The notes under the pieces were generated by a model. The model had not been told where the DNA came from and ran no database searches. It was given only the letters and a program-made list of their open reading frames with translations. 64,000 nt of DNA from NCBI GenBank assembly GCA_964489875.1, contig CAZAZW010000002.1:64503-128502 (forward strand). Reading direction: 5' to 3'. This DNA comes from an uncultured Gammaproteobacteria bacterium. Lineage in GTDB: Bacteria > Patescibacteriota > Microgenomatia > Daviesbacterales > UBA10151. The position numbers and the translations under genes are program-made. Below are positions 37,823 to 47,250 of this stretch, piece by piece; the first letter of the stretch is position 1, and every line of letters begins with the position of its first letter.

Positions 37823-39005
37823 ACCTTAAGGCCTGGATGGGGTTGAGTTTGGCGGCGCGGATGGCCGGGGCTACCCCAAAGATGACCCCTACTGCCATTG
37901 AGAATCCAAAAGATAGTAAAACTGACCACCAGGGGACAGTGGTAGTGAAAAACCTGCCGATAATAAATGCAAAGCCGAAACCTAAGATAATACCGATAAC
38001 TCCGCCTAAACCAGACAGTATCACTGCCTCAATTAGAAACTGGTTTCTGATATCAGACGGCCTGGCCCCCACGGCTTTGCGAAGCCCGATTTCCCTGGTT
38101 CGCTCTGTTACAGACACCAGCATAATGTTCATAATGCCAATTCCGCCCACTACTAAAGAAATGGCGGCAATTCCTCCCAAAGCTATGGTTAATACCCCGG
38201 TAATTTGGGAAATAGTAGAAAGGGTTTGTTCTTGGGTTTGGACTGAAAACTCATCTTCAGACAACCTTTTTTTCAAGACGTTTGTAGCTTTAGTTTGTAC
38301 GTCCTTAACATCACTTGAATTATTGGCCGAGATATAGATAGTATTTAGCCGGTCTATTCCGAATTGCCGTTCAGCTGAGGAAAAAGGCACATAAATAGAA
38401 TTATCCAGATCTACCCCGAAAACCGATCCTCTTTGTTCTAGCGTCCCAATAACCGTATATTTTAACCCTGCCACGTCAATAATTTTACCTAAAGCTTGCC
38501 CCGATCCGAAAAGGTTAGTTTGGACAGTTTGACCAATAACAGCAACTTTTCTAACAGACTGTTGTTCCGACTCCCTAAAAAACCTGCCCGCTGGAATCTT
38601 TAGGGTGATAACTTTTGGATAATTGGCATCTACCCCAAAAATAGCCACCCCCTTGTCATTCTTATTACCTACTTTTAAAGTGGCATTCCGCTGGATTGCC
38701 GCGGAAACTTCTGCTTCACCTGTAAGTTTACTTCTTAAATTAACAGCATCTGTATAAACCAGTCTGTTTGCCTGTACTCCTCCGGGTGAACGGGCTCCGC
38801 CGATTCTGCCGGGAATCACAAACATTAAATTGGATCCCAGACCCTGGATTTGGCCGGTAATAAAAGTTTGAAGACCCGACACAACAGCAATCAGCAAAAT
38901 TACTGAGGTAACACCAATTACTATGCCCAGGGTGGTCAAAAAGGATCTCATTCGATTGGCCAAAATGGCATTTATAGCTGAAGTTGCAGTCTCAAAAATA
39001 TCCAT
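37815..39005 (-). CDS. MacB/FtsX-family ABC permease
   Basis: RSFLTTLGIVIG, GGIGIMNIMLVSVTERTREIG, NPIQALRYE. Confidence 0.93.
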   Translation of the reverse strand: MDIFETATSAINAILANRMRSFLTTLGIVIGVTSVILLIAVVSGLQTFITGQIQGLGSNLMFVIPGRIGGARSPGGVQANRLVYTDAVNLRSKLTGEAEVSAAIQRNATLKVGNKNDKGVAIFGVDANYPKVITLKIPAGRFFRESEQQSVRKVAVIGQTVQTNLFGSGQALGKIIDVAGLKYTVIGTLEQRGSVFGVDLDNSIYVPFSSAERQFGIDRLNTIYISANNSSDVKDVQTKATNVLKKRLSEDEFSVQTQEQTLSTISQITGVLTIALGGIAAISLVVGGIGIMNIMLVSVTERTREIGLRKAVGARPSDIRNQFLIEAVILSGLGGVIGIILGFGFAFIIGRFFTTTVPWWSVLLSFGFSMAVGVIFGVAPAIRAAKLNPIQALRYE

Positions 39006-39673
39006 TATTGTATTTCTCCATCCTTTATCCTGATTATCCTTCTGGCATTCTTTGCAATATCTGTTTCATGGGTAATCATAATGATGGTTTTACCCTCTTT
39101 GTTTAACCTTCTAAAAATTTCCATGATTTCCTTACCGCTTCTAGAATCTAAATTCCCAGTAGGTTCATCTGCCAAAATTATTTCCGGATTATTAACCAGC
39201 GCTCTGGCAATAGCCACCCTTTGTTGTTGACCGCCTGAGAGTTGGTTAGGGTGCGAGGAAAGCTTATCCCCGAGTCCTACCTGAGCTAAGGCTAGCTTTG
39301 CCCTTTCCATGCGTTCGTTTTTAGATACCCCGGCATAAATTAACGGCATAGCAACATTATCTAGCGCACTTGTCCGCGGCAGTAAATTAAATGATTGGAA
39401 AACAAAACCGATTTTTTTATTTCTGATACCAGCCAAGTGATCTTCTTTGAGCGAGGAGGTATCCTGCCCCTCAAGTTCATAAGCTCCCGAGGTGGGTTTA
39501 TCTAACAAGCCGATGATATTCATCAGGGTAGATTTGCCGGACCCTGAAGCGCCGATAACAGCGACAAATTCATTTTTCGTTATCACCAGATTGATGTCTT
39601 TAAGCGCTTTAAAGGAAATTTCCCCGGTTTCGTAAACTTTATTTACTTTAGAAAGTTTGACTAGTAAATCCAT
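39005..39673 (-). CDS. ABC ATP-binding protein (MacB/LolD-like)
   Basis: GASGSGKS, LSGGQQQR, ADEPTGNLD. Confidence 0.95.
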   Translation of the reverse strand: MDLLVKLSKVNKVYETGEISFKALKDINLVITKNEFVAVIGASGSGKSTLMNIIGLLDKPTSGAYELEGQDTSSLKEDHLAGIRNKKIGFVFQSFNLLPRTSALDNVAMPLIYAGVSKNERMERAKLALAQVGLGDKLSSHPNQLSGGQQQRVAIARALVNNPEIILADEPTGNLDSRSGKEIMEIFRRLNKEGKTIIMITHETDIAKNARRIIRIKDGEIQ

Positions 39674-40825
39674 TTATCTGCCCCTGCCTACTGTGCCGCG
39701 GGGGCCGCCTCCCACAAAACGCAGCAGTCCGCTCAAAGGATTCCTGTTTTGGCGATTTATTAGATTACTACCGGGAGCCGGCGGGTTTAACAAAATTTGC
39801 TCACCTTCTTTTAAACCCTCCTTAATTTCAACTTCAGTATCAGACCGGATTCCGGGGGTAACCTTCTGAGGACGCAGAGTCTGTCCCTGTTGGACGATCA
39901 CCGTGTCATCCTCACGCAATGCTTCTTGAGGGATGGTAAAAGCATTTTTGGCAGATTCAATTATGATAGAGGCTTGACCGGTTAAACCGTTTATGAATGG
40001 GGTGACCGGATCATCTAATATAATCCTTATGGTGACAACTGTTGCGCCTTGGGAGGTGGCTTTTGTTTGGGGCAGAATTTGGTCAACAGTACCTGTAAAG
40101 ATAGAATCAGGATAGGCATCCAGGATTACCTCGGCAGGCAGCCCCACTTTAATTTTGCTGATATCCGCTTCATCTATATCAGTGTCAAAATAAACAGCTG
40201 ATGTATCTACCACCTGGGCAATTAAATCAGCGCCGGTAACTGTCTGGTTTGGTACCTGGATTGCTGAAGTAACCAGTCCACCGATCGGGGAAATTATGAC
40301 TGTATCTTGAAAATCCCTTTGTATGGCTTTTATGGAATCAAAAGCATTGTCGCGGCTTACTTCTGCAGTAGTTCTAAGCTGCCTCTGGGTCATGGTTTCA
40401 TTGGCTGTCCCCACATTTGCAAACCCGCCATTACCATATTGGAATAGGTGAATATCATCTAATACTTTGTCAGTAGTAGCTTGCTTATCCCTTAAGGTGT
40501 TTTGAGCTTGTTGTAAATTTATAGCCAGCTCCTGGGTATCCAATCCGGCAATGACTTGGCCGGGAAAAACCTTATCCCCGGTTTTTACATTAATAAAGGT
40601 AAGTTTTCCGGCAGATCTAAACTTTAAATCAGCGCTGTTTTTACCTGTCAGATTCCCGGAAGAAGAGACAGTAAATTTGATATCCTGTTTTTTAACTTCC
40701 GTAAATTCCAGAGGAGTTTGTTTTGGTCTGCCAAAAAAATTAAAGCCCAGTATAGCAATAATGATGATGGCCACCATAATAAATACTTTTTTTCTGGTTG
40801 GCCTCAAAAGCTTAAGAATACCCAT
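39674..40825 (-). CDS. Periplasmic adaptor (membrane fusion) protein
   Basis: TM anchor, lipoyl half-motifs (VKTGDKV, ISPIGG), DIDEADI, VEIKEGL. Confidence 0.88.
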   Translation of the reverse strand: MGILKLLRPTRKKVFIMVAIIIIAILGFNFFGRPKQTPLEFTEVKKQDIKFTVSSSGNLTGKNSADLKFRSAGKLTFINVKTGDKVFPGQVIAGLDTQELAINLQQAQNTLRDKQATTDKVLDDIHLFQYGNGGFANVGTANETMTQRQLRTTAEVSRDNAFDSIKAIQRDFQDTVIISPIGGLVTSAIQVPNQTVTGADLIAQVVDTSAVYFDTDIDEADISKIKVGLPAEVILDAYPDSIFTGTVDQILPQTKATSQGATVVTIRIILDDPVTPFINGLTGQASIIIESAKNAFTIPQEALREDDTVIVQQGQTLRPQKVTPGIRSDTEVEIKEGLKEGEQILLNPPAPGSNLINRQNRNPLSGLLRFVGGGPRGTVGRGR

Positions 40826-40875
40826 AGTCTGCGTATTTTAATACTTTAGGCCAAAAAAAGAAAGCCCCTCCGCTC

Positions 40876-40937
40876 CGTCATTGCGAGGAACGAGTGAAAC
40901 CGAGTCAGACTCGGTGAAACGAGTGACGTGGCAATCT
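40876..40937. repeat. CGTCATTGCGAG...GCAATCT REP-like element with internal palindromic insert
   Basis: attgc/gcaat arms; internal accgagtc-a-gactcggt flanked by gtgaaac direct repeats. Confidence 0.7.
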
Positions 40938-40965
40938 ATGTTTGCGGAATTACATTCCCACATTC

Positions 40966-40999
40966 CATGTGGGGAAGCTTTTCATGTGGGGAAGCTTTT
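40966..40999. repeat. 17-bp tandem duplication
   Basis: catgtggggaagctttt x2. Confidence 0.85.
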
Positions 41000-41059
41000 C
41001 TCTTGATAACAAAATAGTGTACGGCCGTCCAATGTTTTGTTATGAGGTACTGGTATTTT

Positions 41060-41860
41060 CTAGAAAGGGAATTTAGGCCTGCCGTTAACAATTGGGTATT
41101 TGGGAAGAGCTTTTGGTTCTGAACGTAGAAGAGTAAAATCTTCACGGTTTACATGCCAGGCAATTCTAGCTGCATCAGCTAATGAATAATTGGGAAAGTC
41201 TCTCCCGGGTAAATCGGCTCCAACAAGCCGATTCATAAGTTCTATTATTCTTTTACTGCTTCTGGTGGGATAATCGGTTTCGTAACATAGGTATATCCCT
41301 TCGTGCTGAAGTGCTTGTAATTCGTGTCTCCAAAAATTCTCTGATAAGTTTCCGGGTAATCCTTTAGGTAGACCATCATAAGTTTCGCCTCCTACGATCA
41401 GTTTATAGACAAATGTATCATCTTGACCTCGATTTTTTCGATACACTTCTATATTTCGTGGGAAACGATCAAACCAGGGATAGTTCATTGCATCCCCTGG
41501 AGCAATGATAAACGTGACTAAGGGGCTTCTGATTGCATCCAATTCTCCAGCAATATCTCTGCCGACCAATTTCAAAAATGAGTGCTCTTCTACTGCATCT
41601 TCTATATCCTGTATCTCAGGGACATCAAACTGTGCCCCCAAGCGAAAAGCTCTGTACATACCAAGTGCTGTATTAAACGCTGCCAAATCAGAATAATCCA
41701 GCAGTCTTCTGCCGAACCACATTGATATTATGGTTAATTCTTCTTTTAAGATTCGTCTTTCTCCCAGACTATATTCTGGTCTACCTAGCGGTATAATCCC
41801 TGTATTTGTTATTATAATATCTGTGCCTGGTTGGACACCATCGTTGCTTTCTAAACCCAT
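41060..41860 (-). CDS. Hypothetical protein
   Basis: 266-aa ORF with TG-A-TAAAAT 7 nt upstream of ATG; no family recognised. Confidence 0.65.
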   Translation of the reverse strand: MGLESNDGVQPGTDIIITNTGIIPLGRPEYSLGERRILKEELTIISMWFGRRLLDYSDLAAFNTALGMYRAFRLGAQFDVPEIQDIEDAVEEHSFLKLVGRDIAGELDAIRSPLVTFIIAPGDAMNYPWFDRFPRNIEVYRKNRGQDDTFVYKLIVGGETYDGLPKGLPGNLSENFWRHELQALQHEGIYLCYETDYPTRSSKRIIELMNRLVGADLPGRDFPNYSLADAARIAWHVNREDFTLLRSEPKALPKYPIVNGRPKFPF

Positions 41861-41904
41861 ATGCGAGATTTTATCACACTATAAGTTCTAAAACAAATGA
41901 TTGT

Positions 41905-42885
41905 TTAGCGATTTACAAAAAGGATAGCATTAGGGATACTTCTACCTGGGCCAGCCTTGTATCCGCCGTGCCAGAGGGCTGTGGAGCCGCCCTGGTCCAG
42001 ATTCAAAGCTCCATCCATTCCTAGCGTTTTTAATACTTTGGCAGACTCACCCATAGAAGCACTGTGGACAATGCCGATGTAGACCATATTTCCCTTAGCA
42101 GCTATAAAGGTTCGGCTGGCTTTTCCGCCGAATTTGGGTTCATTAGGTGCCTCTGTAAAATTTATGTTGTTGCCGGCGATCAAAAGCGGATAATTGGCAA
42201 TGACAGAGTCAGGGCTGGTATCCCGTCCCCATTCCAGGGATTGGCCAACAAACCTGGCAGAGCCCGCTGAAAAAATGGCTGCCGGAACAGTAGAATAAAC
42301 ATTATTATCGGAATTAAAGTAGCGTTTATTTTTGTTCATTAAAAGGGTATCAAAAGAATTTGTTTTCCCGGCGCAACTGGAGTAATCTGCAGGACAGAAG
42401 TATGAACCGTTAATTCCTGCATAAGCTCCGTTTCTTCCAACGTAATCAGCCAAGGATAAAACTGGGCAATCATTTGAGCAATCTGACTCGGATGCCGTAT
42501 CTACTATTACTTTGGTCGAATTTAAATCGGCTGCGACTATGGAGACTGTATAATTTTGTCCGTCAGCACTGACAGTTTGTTTGGAAAAGCCGGACCCTGG
42601 AGGATTATTGTTTGTACTAACCGGGACAGGCGCTACGGACGGTTTCGGTACAGGGGTCGGTTTGGGTGTTGGAGTAGGTATTGGAGTGGGGGATGGAGTT
42701 GGAGAAGGAGTCGGTGTAGGTACTGGTGTAGCGCTGGGAGAAGCTATTTGGATAATAGTTGGGGCCAGCGAGCTCTTGTTTACTTTTCTCTGATTAGTGG
42801 ATTCAAAAAATATTGCTGAAGAGAGAACTGCCAGTATTATGATGATGGCAATAGGCGCGATTCCTCTTTGGTTAATAAATTTCAT
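41905..42885 (-). CDS. Phosphodiester glycosidase (NAGPA-like) with PT linker
   Basis: TM, (PT)n, GINGSYF, RTFI, ALNLDQGGST, R.IPNAI. Confidence 0.85.
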   Translation of the reverse strand: MKFINQRGIAPIAIIIILAVLSSAIFFESTNQRKVNKSSLAPTIIQIASPSATPVPTPTPSPTPSPTPIPTPTPKPTPVPKPSVAPVPVSTNNNPPGSGFSKQTVSADGQNYTVSIVAADLNSTKVIVDTASESDCSNDCPVLSLADYVGRNGAYAGINGSYFCPADYSSCAGKTNSFDTLLMNKNKRYFNSDNNVYSTVPAAIFSAGSARFVGQSLEWGRDTSPDSVIANYPLLIAGNNINFTEAPNEPKFGGKASRTFIAAKGNMVYIGIVHSASMGESAKVLKTLGMDGALNLDQGGSTALWHGGYKAGPGRSIPNAILFVNR

Positions 42886-42898
42886 CGGCAGATGCAGT

Positions 42899-43459
42899 TT
42901 AAGAACTGTGATTTTCTATGATTTGAATTATTTTGTCAACTGTTTGATCTAACTTTCCTGGTATATTTTCCACCACAAAATCATAATTTCCTTTATATTC
43001 TTCCCAGTATTGCTGATCTTCTCGCATTCTTTTCTCAATATCCTTTTCATTGAAGCCCCTTTTCTTTAGCCTTTCTAAAACTACCGAATCGGGAACTGTC
43101 AAATATATTACTAAAACCGGAGAATCAATTAACTGTCTGATTTTGCCTGCCCTGGACGGATCTATTCTCCAGATGAGGCCCTGGCCGGTACTTGCAAGTT
43201 GGGTTTTCTCCGTGCCATAGAAATTACCTCCATATTCTACATATTCAAAAAATAAACCCTGATCAATTTTGCTTTTAAAATCTGCCTTAGAGATAAAAAA
43301 ATAATCAACCCCGTTTTTTTCACCTGCTCTTGGAGTCCGGGAAGTAGTAGTCATAACCTTTTTAAAATTAGGAAACTTGGATAGAAGTTTCGCTATCACA
43401 GTATCCTTGCCTGAGGCTGTTTTTCCGGTAAGAATAATAAGCATGGAAGGATTAGTCAC
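42899..43459 (-). CDS. gmk: Guanylate kinase
   Basis: GKTASGKDT, TTSRTPRAGEKNGVDYFF, YGGNFYGT. Confidence 0.93.
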   Translation of the reverse strand: MTNPSMLIILTGKTASGKDTVIAKLLSKFPNFKKVMTTTSRTPRAGEKNGVDYFFISKADFKSKIDQGLFFEYVEYGGNFYGTEKTQLASTGQGLIWRIDPSRAGKIRQLIDSPVLVIYLTVPDSVVLERLKKRGFNEKDIEKRMREDQQYWEEYKGNYDFVVENIPGKLDQTVDKIIQIIENHSS

Positions 43460-43823
43460 GTGATATATTTTTGTCTATGGAGATCAGTTTATCAAGTGAG
43501 TAATTTTTATAAATGACTTGGCGGTGGGCTTTAGGAACTGTTAAACCATGAATAATCCCGCCTAAAAGAATACCTTTTGTAACAATATAATCTACTATTC
43601 CCATGGAAATAAAAAAAGACAGCCCCAGCACAATGGAAAAAGACACCCAGTGGTGCAAGTGTATAACCCGGTTGAAAATCCTAAACCGAAGGACCGGGAA
43701 AATTTGCACTCTCTTGGTCTTGATGTTGGGTAATTTTCTTCTGATGCGGGATGTGGGGTGAGTGGTAACTCTAAGCGTCAAGTACCCGAGGGCCGTTGCC
43801 GGTATGAAAGATAAGTATTCCAT
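43452..43823 (-). CDS. Small membrane protein
   Basis: IHLHHW motif, TM helices; overlaps gmk start. Confidence 0.7.
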   Translation of the reverse strand: MEYLSFIPATALGYLTLRVTTHPTSRIRRKLPNIKTKRVQIFPVLRFRIFNRVIHLHHWVSFSIVLGLSFFISMGIVDYIVTKGILLGGIIHGLTVPKAHRQVIYKNYSLDKLISIDKNISRD

Positions 43824-43907
43824 ATATTAGCTTAATTTAATTCTAGTAAAACCAGCTTGCAATTGCAAATCACCCCTGTTTTTAAGACTAGCTTAGAGTG
43901 GTATAAT

Positions 43908-44150
43908 ATGGGCGTGACTGCACAGGAAATCTTAAATACTCTGCTGATCATAGGCTTTCTTATCATTACTATATGTATTGCTTTTGTAAGCTTCTTTTTA
44001 GTCAAAACCTTAAGAGCTATCATAAATCTCACGCAGTCTTTGGAAGAAACTAGCGATAATATAAAACAGAAATTGCAGATGAGGTTTTTAACGGCAATTC
44101 CGGCAATTTTAGTAGCTTTAATCGGAAGATTTCTTAAAAGAGGGAGGTGA
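43908..44150 (+). CDS. YtxG/DUF948-like small membrane protein (start may be GTG at 43914)
   Basis: TM plus coiled coil, directly before a YtxH-like gene. Confidence 0.6.
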   Translation: MGVTAQEILNTLLIIGFLIITICIAFVSFFLVKTLRAIINLTQSLEETSDNIKQKLQMRFLTAIPAILVALIGRFLKRGR

Positions 44151-44154
44151 TTTT

Positions 44155-44421
44155 ATGGCTAATGATAAAAAAGGAATAAGCCCATTGGCAACAGGTGTGG
44201 CAGGAGCTGTGATTGGTGCAGCAGCCGCAGCTGCAGCAATAGCGCTGTCAGATGAGAAAAACAGAAAAAAGGCTGAAAAAGTTCTGGAAACCTTGCAGAA
44301 ACAAGGTAATAGCGTCTTAAAGGAGATAACCAAAAGGGCAATGGAAATGAAGGATGCAGTGGGAAAAGGAGCAGAGGAAGCTAAAGAAGAGATTAAAAAA
44401 CTAAATAGTAAAAAGAAATAA
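44155..44421 (+). CDS. YtxH-like protein
   Basis: GAVIGAAAAA helix followed by charged coiled coil; GGAGGTG RBS. Confidence 0.7.
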   Translation: MANDKKGISPLATGVAGAVIGAAAAAAAIALSDEKNRKKAEKVLETLQKQGNSVLKEITKRAMEMKDAVGKGAEEAKEEIKKLNSKKK

Positions 44422-44529
44422 ACCATTTAAGGCATTAGTTGTTATTTTTCTTGACCTTACCTAAAAATAATTCTTCTCTTAATAAGAACTTGCTTATAGT
44501 ATACTTTTTGTGCTAAAATCCCGAAAACT

Positions 44530-46053
44530 ATGGGTGCATTTGTGGAAACAAGAGCAAGAGAATCAATATTTAATTCAGTATCAGCGAAAGAACCGATTCA
44601 AGGAAGGGTTCTTGGTGTTGATTTGGATGATAGTGCTCTTTGGAGAGAAGTATTCACCCGTTATTTTGGGCATGCGAAGGATGTAATACTTAAACCGTTG
44701 CTCCCCAAGAAAACTCTTGAAGATATTCCAAAGTTAGATCACAGTCCCGTGGACCGTTCTATTAAAGGCCCAATGGAAATCGTATCAGCTTTTTTTCATT
44801 TCAGAAGGACTGCTATCCCGGGTGTTACAGAAAAAATTCGGGAGGTGATTATTAACAAAGCACCGGTATATGTAATTTCAGGTAGAAGAGCTACCAAGCC
44901 GTGGTTTGAGATGACAGAAGCCCAATTAATTCAGGAAAATATTCCCATTTCAAATAAAAATATTTATTTGACACCAAAGGGATCCTCGAGCCTGGAAAGT
45001 AAAGCTGATTGTATAAGAGAGTTGGGAATTACGGAAGTCATTGAGGACAACAAAAGAACTGCTCTTTATCTTGCGAAATTATTCCCGCATGTCAGGATTG
45101 ATTATATTGATCAAGGACTAGCCCATTTGAGTAAAAAAGACTTGGATGAGAATCCAAATATAACAGTAATTCCTATAGAAGAAGTCGCCAGAGCTAAGGA
45201 TGTACAGGAAAAAGAGTCTACAGTCAGGAATTCAAAGTATAGAGAGTATACCAATTTTTCTGATGGGGCAGTAGAATTGCTTCATAAGAATTTTCCTTGG
45301 CTAAAAGCCTGGCATCTTACAGCTTTAGGAGTAGGATTTTCAATTTTAGGTATAGAATTGGCTGAACATCAAAATAGAACCGGAAAACACTCAGTTAGGA
45401 CTACCGTTTTGGCGTTTCTTTCTTCGTTTCTAGGAGCCGCTCTTGATGTGGGTGACGGAAAAAAAGCAAGGCTGGAAAGAAGCGAAATGACTGATCAAAA
45501 GGCAATCGAAGAAGACGAAGAGCGCGGTGGGGCAATAGATGCGGCAGGTGATGGTGTTGTAGAGGGTTGGCAGGCAGGATCCGCTGCTTATACCGCAGCA
45601 AAAAACGGTGATCGCCTTGGTGTAAAGTTAGCATTGTTTAGGTTAGCCATGACGAATTTACCCAGAGCTACAAAAGCCTTTGTAGGCTGTTTTGGTTTTA
45701 AGGTACCGGAAACCTATCGTATAACAGATGTTCTGCATGGTGATATAAGATTCTTTGGTACAAGTTTGGGCAGAAAAATCCCCAACTATCTTGCTACATT
45801 ATTTAATAAGCCCAAAGGCTTACCTGTTCAAACAGTGACAGATATTATTGCCCCAACAGCAAGTGCCATAGTTACAGCAAAAAGATTAAGCGCTCTTATA
45901 ACTCCTGAGGGAGAAAGAGAACTAAGCACTAAAGAGATGAGGCATGCACGAGCAAGAGTTTTTGTATTGGGTGGTGAGGCTCTACTTTTTGGAGGAACTG
46001 CCTTTCTTTTGGGTAAACACTTACTTGGACAAATAGATAAAAATAAAAAATGA
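44530..46053 (+). CDS. Fusion of HAD-family phosphatase and CDP-alcohol phosphatidyltransferase
   Basis: N-terminal VDLDD, VISGR, SK, IEDN; C-terminal TM domain with DVGDGKKAR...GGAIDAAGD. Confidence 0.8.
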   Translation: MGAFVETRARESIFNSVSAKEPIQGRVLGVDLDDSALWREVFTRYFGHAKDVILKPLLPKKTLEDIPKLDHSPVDRSIKGPMEIVSAFFHFRRTAIPGVTEKIREVIINKAPVYVISGRRATKPWFEMTEAQLIQENIPISNKNIYLTPKGSSSLESKADCIRELGITEVIEDNKRTALYLAKLFPHVRIDYIDQGLAHLSKKDLDENPNITVIPIEEVARAKDVQEKESTVRNSKYREYTNFSDGAVELLHKNFPWLKAWHLTALGVGFSILGIELAEHQNRTGKHSVRTTVLAFLSSFLGAALDVGDGKKARLERSEMTDQKAIEEDEERGGAIDAAGDGVVEGWQAGSAAYTAAKNGDRLGVKLALFRLAMTNLPRATKAFVGCFGFKVPETYRITDVLHGDIRFFGTSLGRKIPNYLATLFNKPKGLPVQTVTDIIAPTASAIVTAKRLSALITPEGERELSTKEMRHARARVFVLGGEALLFGGTAFLLGKHLLGQIDKNKK

Positions 46054-47012
46054 GAACTGAAGCAGTAAGGGAATTGAATTGGCAAGATTCGGAGTTGGGT
46101 TTAGTTAGACCTGACTCTTTTGCCACATATTATCCCCCGAATATAATAAATTTGCCACTTGAAAGAGCAATCAGAAGAATTGGTGGAGATAGTATTGAAC
46201 GGGCGCATGCCTATGGTTCCTTTGTTAGTGGTGATGCTACAAAAAGCAGCCTGATGGATGTTCTTCTAATTGTTAGGAACCCCTGGCGTTTTTACCAAGA
46301 AGCAGCTGCATGCAAAGATATAAAACTCGGGACTACCAACAATGCCGGATTTCATGCGATGTGGAGTTACGAAAAGGGTAGTTACTATTTAGCAACTTTG
46401 GATCTTGATGGTTACCGGCAGGAGGCAAAATTTGCAGTAATTAGCCACGGTGAATTGCTTAAACATACTAAAGGTGGTAGGCCTGATCCGGAAGGCAAAG
46501 GTATGTTATATCAGGCCGGTAGACTTCATAAAGTTGTCCTCCCTATTATTTTCGATGATACTACTCCTGAGGAGCGAAATGAAATAGACCATGCTATTAA
46601 TCGGGCCAGGATTGACGGGATGTGGTTGGCTTTAGGGTTAACTCCCCGTTATTTTGATTTTGACCAACTTGCTGGAATTTATGTGAATTTAAGCTACGCT
46701 GCTGACAAAAGAGTCGAAAAAGCTAATAAGTCGCAAACTTTGCTTACTAAAAGTTATGATGACTACTGCAAGATGTTTGATCCAATGCTGCGCTGTTTTG
46801 AAGAGGCAGAGATAATAAGATTATTACCTGGAGAATCGGGAGTTTATGAAAAACTAATGTCTTTACCTGAAGATGCCGTTAGAGAATGGTTAAAGAAATC
46901 AGCTTCATATGCTTTTAAAGTCAATTTTACCCAAAACGTTTGGACCATGGGACCCCTTAATGGAGTATTATATGGTCTGGCAAAAGTTAAAAGGGCAAAG
47001 GGTTGGAGCTAA
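46050..47012 (+). CDS. Tam41/Mmp37-like phosphatidate cytidylyltransferase
   Basis: AYGS, MDVLLIV..P, KFAVIS, LYQAGRLHK.V, LAL.L.P..F, LSY.AD.R.E..NK in Tam41 order. Confidence 0.8.
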   Translation: MRTEAVRELNWQDSELGLVRPDSFATYYPPNIINLPLERAIRRIGGDSIERAHAYGSFVSGDATKSSLMDVLLIVRNPWRFYQEAAACKDIKLGTTNNAGFHAMWSYEKGSYYLATLDLDGYRQEAKFAVISHGELLKHTKGGRPDPEGKGMLYQAGRLHKVVLPIIFDDTTPEERNEIDHAINRARIDGMWLALGLTPRYFDFDQLAGIYVNLSYAADKRVEKANKSQTLLTKSYDDYCKMFDPMLRCFEEAEIIRLLPGESGVYEKLMSLPEDAVREWLKKSASYAFKVNFTQNVWTMGPLNGVLYGLAKVKRAKGWS

Positions 47013-47250
47013 AATCAGATATAAATAAAGGATTCTTTCTATTTGCTTTTAGGCATAGGAAATGTTATACTATTATTTAGTTGATTTAGAATTTTAAGCT
47101 ATAGATGATTTTTTCCTCTTAAGGACTAACTTTTCAAGTAGCTCCTTTAATTTTTAAATTTTAAAAATTCAAGTTTCTTTTTCAATATATTAAGTGTTCT
47201 TCTTCATCCTTTTTTAAATCGTGATGAAGAAGATCCAATTTTAAAATAAT

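Noticed and set aside
47043-47250. Long AT-rich leader of the DEAD-box helicase as a riboswitch
   Set aside because: Only one modest hairpin (ttcttcatc/gatgaagaa) and no recognisable aptamer; long leaders are usual for such genes
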